43,525 bases of DNA from a virus (lineage: Duplodnaviria; Caudoviricetes), in IMG/VR virus record IMGVR_UViG_3300007972_000002, positions 1 through 43,525 of that record; one strand, written 5' to 3'. Below, piece by piece: positions 8,165-16,956 of the stretch. The notes beneath the pieces are model-generated. The model was not told the origin of the DNA. It ran no database searches and saw nothing but the letters and a program-made list of their open reading frames with translations. Every line of letters starts with the position of its first letter. The stretch's first letter is position 1. A program made the position numbers and the translations under genes.

Positions 8165-9696
8165 CAGAATGGGCTCCTGTTGGTGCGTTGTTCAGGGGTC
8201 TCGAACGGTGCGTCTTGGCGACTAAAGCGCGGAATCTTCCAGCACCGCGCAGCGCGGTTCTTGAGAAAGAGGCTAATAGGCTCACCGCCCAGGTCACGCA
8301 GGCGCTGCGCCATCTTTGGATGCGTCATAACCTTGAAGTTGTTGCGCACCAGGTGCGCTTCAAGGTCCTTCATGCGGAAGTAAGTCTTGGCCTCATCCTC
8401 ATCTGTCCATGGGCGGCCCATGAGGATTTCATCGCGGTCCATTGCCTGCTGCAGGTGTGTGCAGAACTCTTCAAGCATGTCGTTGAAGCGGCCGGTGATA
8501 CTGGTGTCCTCGCTGGCCTCGGTAATTTGCTCAGTCTCCACCATTTCTTTGAGCAGTGCATTGAGCAGCAGCTCCCAATCTTGTTTGCGCAGCGTGGGCG
8601 GCAGCAGGTTGAGCTTTTCGACGCAGGCCTTTTGGAATGCGGCTTGAGCAAACAAGCTCTCCGTATCCAGCTCAATGCGTTTGCCGTTGATGTCAAGGAA
8701 CCACAGCGGAGGCTCGGAGTTGTACTTGGAGAGGGAGGACACCTGGGGCGCATCTGGCCCGTTGGCCCCGATCCCGTGTTTGCGTGTCCTGCAAAGCCCG
8801 CTGTTGCAAAAGCTGTTGAGCGGGGAGTCTTTGCACTTGTACCGATATTCTTTTTTGTGCAACTGCTTGACCAGGACTTGAACCTCGTTGTTGGGCAGGG
8901 GCGGGGACACATACTTCAGGTTGTGCTCGACCAGGGCATCGTCCCAGTGTATGGGGATGACCTTCTTGAGGTAGATGCCGATGTTAAAAAGCGCGTTGTT
9001 GCGTGTGCCTTCGGGCACGCCCTGTGTGCACAGGGCCTGCAGGCATGGGGGCCCGTCCTTGATCGGATGATCTGGGGCCTTTGGCTCTTCTGGGTACTTG
9101 AGGTCTGTGGGCTGCACCCACTGCTCGTACAGCTCGTAGAACTCTTCCAGCGTTGCGGCCGAGCCATCATCCTTGATAGCATAGCGCATGGTCTGGTCCC
9201 CACCAAAGTACGGCAGGTTCAGGAAGTTGCCGGTGTCGCCACGGTCAACCAGGATTTCGGCTTGTTTGGGAAAAATCTCGCGGCCAGCTTCACCCAAGAG
9301 GGCAGCACAGGCCTTGAGAAACCGCTGCATCTCAGCAGCGGGAATGGGTTCTTTGACAAACAGGAAAACGTGCGCGCCGCCGGACTTGCTGCGGCACACA
9401 ACCATCGGAAGCTCCAGGCTTCGGACCTTTTTTATGAGGCCTAGGTGATCCAGTGGATACTGGTCAATGTCAATACAGCCCCAGATGCAGGAGTTATCTG
9501 CCCGGATCGGGATAATTCCCAGACTCGGTTCAACACCTTCAAGGTGCTTGGTCCACAGGTCGTCAATCGGCGGCTTGCGCACCACGACGGCCTTGCCGGC
9601 TTGTTTCCCGTCTCCTCGGGATGACTCAATTTTGTATGTTCCATAGGCGATATCCAGGCCGGAAAAGATCGCTTTGAACCTGGTGATGTCGGTCAT
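8164..9696 (-). CDS. AEP-superfamily primase with PriCT-like domain
   Basis: WGCIDID (DxD), RSKSGGAH, GNFLNLPY, then PPCL...EGTRNNALF (PriCT-like) and a Cys cluster; sits in the replication block. Confidence 0.8.
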   Translation of the reverse strand: MTDITRFKAIFSGLDIAYGTYKIESSRGDGKQAGKAVVVRKPPIDDLWTKHLEGVEPSLGIIPIRADNSCIWGCIDIDQYPLDHLGLIKKVRSLELPMVVCRSKSGGAHVFLFVKEPIPAAEMQRFLKACAALLGEAGREIFPKQAEILVDRGDTGNFLNLPYFGGDQTMRYAIKDDGSAATLEEFYELYEQWVQPTDLKYPEEPKAPDHPIKDGPPCLQALCTQGVPEGTRNNALFNIGIYLKKVIPIHWDDALVEHNLKYVSPPLPNNEVQVLVKQLHKKEYRYKCKDSPLNSFCNSGLCRTRKHGIGANGPDAPQVSSLSKYNSEPPLWFLDINGKRIELDTESLFAQAAFQKACVEKLNLLPPTLRKQDWELLLNALLKEMVETEQITEASEDTSITGRFNDMLEEFCTHLQQAMDRDEILMGRPWTDEDEAKTYFRMKDLEAHLVRNNFKVMTHPKMAQRLRDLGGEPISLFLKNRAARCWKIPRFSRQDAPFETPEQRTNRSPF

Positions 9697-9715
9697 TTCT
9701 TCTTTCTAGTGAGGT

Positions 9716-9810
9716 GGGGCCTACTCACGCAGGAAGGGGTACCCGTGTATTGCCTCTCATGAGCTACATGAAACGACTCAACTATCAGTCTCCCAAGCAC
9801 TTTCGGCCCC
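9716..9810 (-). ncRNA. candidate structured RNA in the primase leader
   Basis: GGGGCC/GGCCCC closing stem with an adjacent GAA/AGUA loop-E (sarcin-ricin) type motif and an internal UUUCAUG/CAUGAGA hairpin. Confidence 0.4.
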
Positions 9811-9815
9811 GAAAA

Positions 9816-10589
9816 TCAGAATGGCGCTGGACCGTTACCGGCTGCTCCAGTTTCACTTTCATGCTTCACCTTCACGTCACCTGCGCCGACCGACTGCGCA
9901 AATGTTTTAGCGGCGTTGTACACATCGACAGACTCAACCGCTCCGGTACGCTCGACTTCCCAACCAAACCACTTGCCTTTGTCGTTGGACTCGGCAACAG
10001 TGGAGAGCTTGTACAACTGGCTGTACATCGGAGGCGTGAACAAACCGTTCTTGCCAGGCATCTTGACCGACTGCATCATGGAATTCCACTTGCGGCTCTT
10101 CTTGAGCTGCGTGGACTTCATGGTGATCAATGCGGGCTCAGGAATGCCAGACTCGCTCACCACCATCACGTAGTAGTTTGCGGTGTTCTCAATGTAGTTG
10201 CCATTGTCCAGGTAATCCTTGTTGTCGCCGGGCTCTTTGTGAGTCTTTGACAGGATGTCGCTGGTTGCAGGGTAGATGTGCACAGGTGCACCGCTGCCTT
10301 GACCGCGTGGAGTCCACTCGATGTACTGACGCACGTATGCGCAAGGTACAACGGCGATACCTTTCTTGCCGTCATACAGCTCACCCGTAACGGAGTTGAA
10401 GATCATGCCTGGGAGGGCACCATCCACATCACCCACTTCAGGGCTGGTGTTTGTCAGCAAGCGCAGAAAAGGCAATGCATAGTCTTCCTGCGTCATGCCG
10501 TCAAAGCCGGCTCCAGCGTCCTGTTCCAGGTCGCTCATGATTGCCAATGCAGTGTTGGCGGCTTGTGCTGCTACTTCGTTTTTAGCCAT
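9816..10589 (-). CDS. putative ssDNA-binding/annealing protein
   Basis: 257 aa; next to the primase; flexible tail ending in ...PF like SSB C-termini. Confidence 0.6.
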   Translation of the reverse strand: MAKNEVAAQAANTALAIMSDLEQDAGAGFDGMTQEDYALPFLRLLTNTSPEVGDVDGALPGMIFNSVTGELYDGKKGIAVVPCAYVRQYIEWTPRGQGSGAPVHIYPATSDILSKTHKEPGDNKDYLDNGNYIENTANYYVMVVSESGIPEPALITMKSTQLKKSRKWNSMMQSVKMPGKNGLFTPPMYSQLYKLSTVAESNDKGKWFGWEVERTGAVESVDVYNAAKTFAQSVGAGDVKVKHESETGAAGNGPAPF

Positions 10590-10605
10590 GATTCACGTTC
10601 CTTGT

Positions 10606-11160
10606 TTAGTTTGATTTGATAACTGCTTTTTGGCCGATGAATACGCCAAAAAGCTCTGTGTCGACGGTTTGACCCTTTTCGACACGTTCCTTCACCCAGG
10701 CCTTGAGAGTCTGGGGTTCTATCTTCTGCGCCTGCTCGGCAGGGTAGCCTTGCGTGCCCAGGAGATTTAGTAGACGAACTGAAAGCTCGTCTTCACCGCG
10801 CCCGAAACGGACGCTGATAGTGTTTTTGATGATGTCATCAAAGCCGTTATCGCGCAGCCACTGGTACGCTTCGGCCTGACGTGCCTTTGGAATGCTCGCT
10901 CCGTAGAACGGCTTGATGTCAATGCTGCTGCCATCTTCCATGACAAACTTCTTCATCCCTGTCTCGGCCATGGCCTCGGGGATAGTCTGCTCGGTGAGCT
11001 TGCGGTACTGCTCGTTGCGCTCGCTGAGAACTTCCTCCATCTCAGCAATCTCTTTCTCCAGCATCTTGGCACGCTTGGCAAGCCCAGCAATACCAGATAC
11101 CTGGTCGTCAGATACCTTCAACGCACCTGCGTCATCTTCAAATATATTCGTAAGACTCAT
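10606..11160 (-). CDS. conserved replication-module protein
   Basis: 184 aa; coiled coil, then IPEAM..G, WLRDNG..DIIK and PQTLKAWVKE motifs recurrent in phage replication blocks. Confidence 0.8.
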   Translation of the reverse strand: MSLTNIFEDDAGALKVSDDQVSGIAGLAKRAKMLEKEIAEMEEVLSERNEQYRKLTEQTIPEAMAETGMKKFVMEDGSSIDIKPFYGASIPKARQAEAYQWLRDNGFDDIIKNTISVRFGRGEDELSVRLLNLLGTQGYPAEQAQKIEPQTLKAWVKERVEKGQTVDTELFGVFIGQKAVIKSN

Positions 11161-11482
11161 CTAATTCTCCTTTCTTGAACAAATCAACCTCCAATGGAAT
11201 ATAGCGTCTTTCACGCTTGTCCCACTTGAGGCACTTAAAGCGGCCATGATTTTTGCTGGCAGCTACTGCACAGGCAATGCCTATAGCAGAGGGGTCTCCA
11301 ATGAGGAGCAAGAAGTCCTCATCGGAAAATTTCTCCAACTTACGCTGGATGCGACGAACTGTCGGTACAACTGAGAAAGCAATCTGCGCGTTGGGCGGCA
11401 GAATGGTTTCGATCTGGCCGTAGTCCAGAGCGCTTGCTATGTTGTGTTGCGCAGTCTCAGAGACGACGTATACCTTTGGCAC
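11138..11482 (-). CDS. conserved phage hypothetical protein
   Basis: 114 aa; GTG start with AGAAAGGAG; DFLLLIGDP..I and LKWD motifs. Confidence 0.8.
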   Translation of the reverse strand: MPKVYVVSETAQHNIASALDYGQIETILPPNAQIAFSVVPTVRRIQRKLEKFSDEDFLLLIGDPSAIGIACAVAASKNHGRFKCLKWDKRERRYIPLEVDLFKKGELDESYEYI

Positions 11483-11495
11483 TTGAATTTCTCCT

Positions 11496-11543
11496 TTCTG
11501 AATTCGAGGGACCAGTGTACACTATCTTTTCAGGGTCTTGCAA
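11496..11543. promoter_or_regulatory. divergent promoter region
   Basis: Between divergent genes; minus strand TTGCAA-18 bp-TACACT; the palindrome AGTGTACACT (11514-11523) gives a TACACT -10 on both strands. Confidence 0.5.
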
Positions 11544-11567
11544 CCCCCTGCCAGAAAGCGAGAACAC

Positions 11568-13019
11568 ATGAACCAGTTTTTATCGACCTACCCCTTCAAG
11601 AACAAGCCTTTTGTACATCAGCAGGCTTACCTTCAGCGCTTCTGGGACTTCCCAGTAGCAGCGCTTTTTGCCGATATGGGCACAGGCAAGAGCTTCATGC
11701 TGATCAACAACGTGGCCATGCTCTACGACAAGGGCAAGATCAACGGGTTTTTGATCGTAGCGCCAAAAGGTGTCTATCGCAACTGGTACGACACCGAAAT
11801 CCCTAAGCATATACCCGAGCATGTTGTTTACCGCATGGCCATTTGGTCACCTTCCCCCAGGAAGGCCGAGCAGCAGGCGATGGACGAGTTGTTCACAGTC
11901 ACTGAGGACCTCAAAATCCTGGTGATGAACGTCGAGGCCTTCAGCACCGTCAAGGGGACCGCGTATGCCAAGCGCTTTTTGCTGGTGCACAACGCCATGA
12001 TGGCGATCGACGAGAGCACCACCATCAAGACCCCGGGCTCGGCGCGCAGCAAGAACACCGAGAAGGTGGGCCGTGGCGCGCGGTTCAGGCGCATCGCAAC
12101 GGGCTCACCCGTCACCAAGAGCCCACTGGACCTGTACCAGCAGTGTGCATTCCTGTCGGATGGCTGCCTGGACGTGAGCAGCTATTACGTGTTCCAGGCT
12201 CGCTACGCTGTGACGGTGGAGCGCCAGCTCAACACGCACAGCTTCAAGCAGATCGTCGGCTATCGCCGCTTGGATGAGCTGAAAGCAAAGCTCGACCGCT
12301 TTGCCTTTCGCGTGAAAAAAGAGGATTGCCTGGACCTGCCTGACAAGCTCTACGTCAAGCGTGAAGTGGACCTGACGCCTGAGCAGCTCAAGTACTACAA
12401 CGAGATGAAGGCCTTTGCCATGGCCCAGATTGGTAGTGGCCTGGTGAGCACTGTCAATGCGCTCACTCAACTCATGCGCTTGCACCAGATCGTCTGCGGC
12501 CACGTCAAGCTGGATGATGGCACTGTCATTGACCTGCCCAACAAACGCATGGATGAGTTGCTGTCAGTTGTTGAAGAGACGGATGGCAAGCTCATCATCT
12601 GGGCCAATTACCGACACGACATTGAAGCCATCAAGCTCGCGCTTTCAAAAGAGTACGGCATGAACGCCGTGGGCATGTACTACGGCGACACGGACATGGA
12701 CGAACGCAAGCGTGTCTTGGAGGAATTTCAAAAGCCGGACAGCGAGATGCGCTTTTTTGTTGGCAACCCCAGCACCGGCGGCTACGGCTTGACGCTGACG
12801 GCCGCCAGCACGATGGTCTACTACAGCAACAGCTTTGACCTGGAAAAGCGCTTGCAGTCCGAGGACCGCGCACACCGTATTGGCCAGACCAAGAACGTGA
12901 CGTACATTGACCTGATGGCCGTGGGCACCGTGGACGAAAAGATCGTCAAGGCGCTGCGTGCAAAGATTGACATTGCAACCCAGGTACTGGGAGAGGAGAT
13001 CAAAGCATGGCTCATCTGA
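11568..13019 (+). CDS. SNF2-like superfamily 2 helicase
   Basis: DMGTGKS, IDESTTIK, ATGSP, LMRLHQI, GGYGLTLT, QSEDRAHRIGQ; ATG at 11568 preferred over TTG at 11538. Confidence 0.93.
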   Translation: MNQFLSTYPFKNKPFVHQQAYLQRFWDFPVAALFADMGTGKSFMLINNVAMLYDKGKINGFLIVAPKGVYRNWYDTEIPKHIPEHVVYRMAIWSPSPRKAEQQAMDELFTVTEDLKILVMNVEAFSTVKGTAYAKRFLLVHNAMMAIDESTTIKTPGSARSKNTEKVGRGARFRRIATGSPVTKSPLDLYQQCAFLSDGCLDVSSYYVFQARYAVTVERQLNTHSFKQIVGYRRLDELKAKLDRFAFRVKKEDCLDLPDKLYVKREVDLTPEQLKYYNEMKAFAMAQIGSGLVSTVNALTQLMRLHQIVCGHVKLDDGTVIDLPNKRMDELLSVVEETDGKLIIWANYRHDIEAIKLALSKEYGMNAVGMYYGDTDMDERKRVLEEFQKPDSEMRFFVGNPSTGGYGLTLTAASTMVYYSNSFDLEKRLQSEDRAHRIGQTKNVTYIDLMAVGTVDEKIVKALRAKIDIATQVLGEEIKAWLI

Positions 13020-13702
13020 TTCCTTGGGCAGAGACCTTCGTGTACAAAAAACTCATGAGAATAGACACGTTGTCAGGACGTGTTTATTCATTGCCCAATG
13101 GCGTACATGTCCCGTCGGTGACAACGGTGCTGGACCGCACCAAAGACAAGGCCGCGCTTAAGGAGTGGGCCGACAGGATTGGCCAAGCCGAGGCCGATCG
13201 CCAAAAGGAGCAGGCGGCATACGTGGGCACGCACATGCACTTGGCGCTGGAACACATCTTAAATGGCGAGCCGTGGTCCGTGACCCCTGACTGGATGGCC
13301 ATGACGGGCTACGAGATGGCCTTTCGCCTGGCCCGCCGGTACTTCGGTGCGATCTCCGCGATCCACGGTTCTGAGGTGGGGCTGCACTACCAGGACCGCT
13401 ACGCCGGCACCACTGACCTGGTGGCCACGTACCGTGGCAAGCTGGCCATCATCGACTTCAAGCAGTCAGTCAAGCCCAAACGGCACGAGTACATCACCGA
13501 TTACTTCCACCAGTTGGCAGCCTATGCCGTGGCGCACGACTGGCTGCATGGCACGTCAATCGACTATGCCGCTGTGTTGATTGCAGTGCAGGACGGAACG
13601 ACGCAGGAGTTCACCACCGCTGGCCGAGAATTCTCAGAATTCAAGGCTCAGTGGATGGAGAGGCTCACTGCTGCGGAGGCTGTGCGCCCACCATCGGACT
13701 GA
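13007..13702 (+). CDS. PD-(D/E)XK exonuclease
   Basis: PSVTTVL, GTHMH, E...YAGTTDL, IIDFKQS, QLAAY motifs. Confidence 0.9.
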   Translation: MAHLIPWAETFVYKKLMRIDTLSGRVYSLPNGVHVPSVTTVLDRTKDKAALKEWADRIGQAEADRQKEQAAYVGTHMHLALEHILNGEPWSVTPDWMAMTGYEMAFRLARRYFGAISAIHGSEVGLHYQDRYAGTTDLVATYRGKLAIIDFKQSVKPKRHEYITDYFHQLAAYAVAHDWLHGTSIDYAAVLIAVQDGTTQEFTTAGREFSEFKAQWMERLTAAEAVRPPSD

Positions 13703-16700
13703 CGGTGTCAAACGGGAACAGCGACTGATACTGGGCCCGCGCGTTGGCGTTGGTTGGAGCACCACTGCTTTGGCCAGGAGGCTTTGGAGCGGTGTCCATG
13801 AGCCCTGGCATACCACGCGTGCTCGGTGCTTTTGGCATCTGACGCAGTTGACGCGCTGCTTGGCCTTGTGGGGTAAGCGGCGATGTTTGGGCAGGTCTTT
13901 CCTGCGGTGCGTCTATGTAATTCAAGGCCGGTGTGACGGCACTTTTGCCTACCGAGACGCCAAAGGTCCCCAGGTAATTGATTACGCCGTTGGCAATGTC
14001 TCTTTTCTCTTTCTCAGTGCGACCTTTGGCCAGGAGCAGTGCCATTGCTTCGGGGTCTTTGACGGCGTTTTCCAAGATCATGCGCACGTTGGCATTGGGC
14101 AGGGCATCAAAGATTTGACGCACAGCTTTGGAGCCCGCAGAAGCTGCAATCAAGCTGCCTGGGCCGCCCGGTGCAGCGGCCGTACCGATCTGCGCACCGA
14201 TGATGCGCAGGCCCAAATCAGTGACGGCGTCAGCGCCTTGAATCACGTCCTCCATTGGGATGTTGTTTTTCATGGCCGTTTCAATACGTGCCATGGGGAC
14301 AAGGAGCTTCTTAAAGTTTGATAACTCTTGCAGCGTCAGCATGCCGTTGGCACGCATGATGTTGGCAATAGACGGCTGGTTGCGTGCAATGGGGTCAAAC
14401 AACGCTGCCGTGTAGGCGTCAATACTGAACTTTGCGTCGGGCCCAGAGCCGTTGCCGCCGGCTTTCGTGTAGGCATAGTCGTACAGGGATGACTTAAGTC
14501 CTTCCACCGCATCTGGGCCGCTTTTTCTGGCCAAGTCCGCAAGGGCCCGGATGTCCCTAACGGGAAACCGTCCGCCCAGGCTGTCCGAGATGACCTTGAT
14601 GGGGCTCTCAGCAGTCAGCAACTTGGCAAAGGCAAGCTGTTTGTCCGCAGTCTTGGACAGCAGACTGGTTTCCTTGGTCACCTGTGTCAAGAGATTTGAA
14701 GCGTGGGCCGCGTCCCGCAAGTCACCCATGATGCCCATTTTTTCCAACAGCGCCGCATTTTTTTGCGCAAACTTGGTGAGCTTATCCAGGTTCAGTTCTT
14801 GCACAAAAGTCCCAGGCTCTTTCCCTGGAACAACCCTTACGGCCTCCGCAGCGGCCAAACGCAAAACACTGTTGTGTGCCTGTCGAACAGAACCGACGTT
14901 CTCTGTTGCGGCAACGGCAAAGGGTTTTAGTTCAAGTGCTATCGGACTATCTTTTCCAAATTTAGCAACAGCATCTTTATATCGCGTGCGCAAGAACGTA
15001 ACAGAGTCCTCAATCTCCTTCATGCGCATAGCCGTCTGGTCGGCACTGCCGCCAAAAGCGTTTTGAACCAGTGTCTCCGCAGGGACGCGGTCTTTGCCTT
15101 TTCCGGTTACGGCAGTCAGATTGCCGGCATAGGTCCGAGTGAAGGTGTCATTCAGCGCACGAGAAAACTCACGTGCCTGGTCGAACGCCGGGTCCTTGAG
15201 CGTGTCCAAGTCCCGCATCATGCCGTCGGCTAGGCCGCTGTAAAAACTTGCGTTGGCCCTGTCGCCTCTTCCTGCGGCTTCCCGCGACATCTCAAGAAGT
15301 CTGGAGCGGTAGTTCACTAGGTCCTGAACAGGCTGCTCTTTGATTGTCGGCATGAAGCTCTCAGGAACTTTTCCTTTTTCTAAATACAAGTCGGTCACTT
15401 TGCCTTGCCGAAACTGTTTTACTGCATCTTCAGTCACGCCAAACGAATCCATGATCTTGCGGACCTGTGGAGGGATGTCGCTGAACAATGCAGGGCCCAT
15501 TTCCGAGGCCCTTGCAAGGAAAGAATCTGCTGTTGCAGAAGGTTTAAGCTGTGGCGCGCGAATTACTTGTTCGTTAAACGCCGTGTAAATCGGGCGATCT
15601 CTGAAGCGATCCCAGCCCGATTGAACCTTTGACATAACGGTAGACTTAACAGGCCTGGTCATGTCCTCTATGGTCTTGGTCCAAAGCTCAGATTCAACGC
15701 CTCGGGCCTGTATCAGGGCCTGCTCGACCTCATCTTTGACAATCCTTCCGATCTGCTGGCGAGCTTCTGGCGTGTCTTTGCTGATTTTGGCGATCTTGCG
15801 CGCAGCGTTGGCATCCGCCAGGGACAGGCGTGTTTCAAGGCCGTTGACAAACCGGTCGTAGCGCAACTTGCTTGCTGCAATCAAGCCCTCAGGACCTGTT
15901 TTGCCCAGCGCTTCGACAAGCTCTTGATAGGCCAGCAAGGCCAGCTCTCCCTGTGCTTTCGTCTCGCCGCCAAACTGGGCACGGTGATTGCCCAGCGACG
16001 ACTCCAAGTCCATCAGGGCTTTGCTGCCAGTTTTCTGCCCAGAAGTGGGCGTGGGTACACCCTTTGGCATTTGTTGGCGCAGGGCCTTGAGCAGTGCTTC
16101 GGGGTCCTCGCCACTTTTTTCCAAGGCGTCCGCCAAAAGGTTGGCGGCTTTCTTTTCCAGAGACGCGCTACGCCCCTGGAAACCTGATTTGATGGCGCTC
16201 AAGGCTGTTTTGCTGGCGTCGACTCCCAACGCAAGCAGCTTGCCCACAGGAGCCACACCGGCTGTCACCTCAGCGGCAAGGCGAACACCTTCCTGGCCCG
16301 GGCGGTAGGCCTCGGCAGTGCCTCCAGCCACGCCCATTGATCCGGCGGTGACCGTCTCGCTGCCCATGAACACCTTGGGACTGCGACGAGCGGCCTCTCC
16401 CATACCAGACAAGAAGGTGGCCACACGGCCGGCAGTGGGGCCGAAAGCGGGCAAGAAGAAGGTAGCAGGTGCAGTGCCGATGCTCGAGCCGAAGGTGGTG
16501 CCGCCTTCAAAGTACGGCTTCAAGCGGGGGTCTTCTTCTCCAGGGACTATCCCTGAAGCGGACTGGCCTGCCTCGTATCCGAGGTAACCGCCCAGCACTG
16601 TGGTGGCAAGTGGAATAGCTCCAGCAGCAGGCCCAATAAAAGGCGCTGCTGCAGCGGCCATGGGCATACCCACTCGGAAGCCCGCCATCGCACCGCCCAC

Positions 16701-16952
16701 GAGAGGTGTATCACGGAGCGCGCCCTTTACAGCACCCCTGGCAATCGTTCCGGCAATGTCACCGGCAGAAGGCTCGGGAGGCCCCCCAGTGGGAAACATC
16801 GTGTCAATCGTTGACTCAGGTACTGGCGCTTTGCTGGCTGCTTTTGGATAAAAAGCAGGCTTACTTGCGTCTGCGATTTCCCGAGCCGTAGGACCAGCTT
16901 CGGGCACAACTCCGGTAGGAAACAGATCGTCAATGGTTTGTGGTTTTGCCAT
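13665..16952 (-). CDS. large putative internal virion / DNA ejection protein
   Basis: 1095 aa; Gly/Ala-rich hydrophobic N-terminal segments, mostly helical; last gene of the ejection-protein cluster. Confidence 0.7.
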   Translation of the reverse strand: MAKPQTIDDLFPTGVVPEAGPTAREIADASKPAFYPKAASKAPVPESTIDTMFPTGGPPEPSAGDIAGTIARGAVKGALRDTPLVGGAMAGFRVGMPMAAAAAPFIGPAAGAIPLATTVLGGYLGYEAGQSASGIVPGEEDPRLKPYFEGGTTFGSSIGTAPATFFLPAFGPTAGRVATFLSGMGEAARRSPKVFMGSETVTAGSMGVAGGTAEAYRPGQEGVRLAAEVTAGVAPVGKLLALGVDASKTALSAIKSGFQGRSASLEKKAANLLADALEKSGEDPEALLKALRQQMPKGVPTPTSGQKTGSKALMDLESSLGNHRAQFGGETKAQGELALLAYQELVEALGKTGPEGLIAASKLRYDRFVNGLETRLSLADANAARKIAKISKDTPEARQQIGRIVKDEVEQALIQARGVESELWTKTIEDMTRPVKSTVMSKVQSGWDRFRDRPIYTAFNEQVIRAPQLKPSATADSFLARASEMGPALFSDIPPQVRKIMDSFGVTEDAVKQFRQGKVTDLYLEKGKVPESFMPTIKEQPVQDLVNYRSRLLEMSREAAGRGDRANASFYSGLADGMMRDLDTLKDPAFDQAREFSRALNDTFTRTYAGNLTAVTGKGKDRVPAETLVQNAFGGSADQTAMRMKEIEDSVTFLRTRYKDAVAKFGKDSPIALELKPFAVAATENVGSVRQAHNSVLRLAAAEAVRVVPGKEPGTFVQELNLDKLTKFAQKNAALLEKMGIMGDLRDAAHASNLLTQVTKETSLLSKTADKQLAFAKLLTAESPIKVISDSLGGRFPVRDIRALADLARKSGPDAVEGLKSSLYDYAYTKAGGNGSGPDAKFSIDAYTAALFDPIARNQPSIANIMRANGMLTLQELSNFKKLLVPMARIETAMKNNIPMEDVIQGADAVTDLGLRIIGAQIGTAAAPGGPGSLIAASAGSKAVRQIFDALPNANVRMILENAVKDPEAMALLLAKGRTEKEKRDIANGVINYLGTFGVSVGKSAVTPALNYIDAPQERPAQTSPLTPQGQAARQLRQMPKAPSTRGMPGLMDTAPKPPGQSSGAPTNANARAQYQSLFPFDTVSPMVGAQPPQQ

Positions 16953-16956
16953 CTGA

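Noticed and set aside
4276-9444. Long plus-strand ORFs (4276..5361, 8188..9444 and similar)
   Set aside because: They are antisense shadows of well-supported polymerase and primase genes with strong codon bias, and have no RBS or recognisable motifs.
13007-13702. Cas4 / CRISPR-associated nuclease
   Set aside because: It lacks the four Fe-S cysteines and there is no array; it is an ordinary phage PD-(D/E)XK nuclease.
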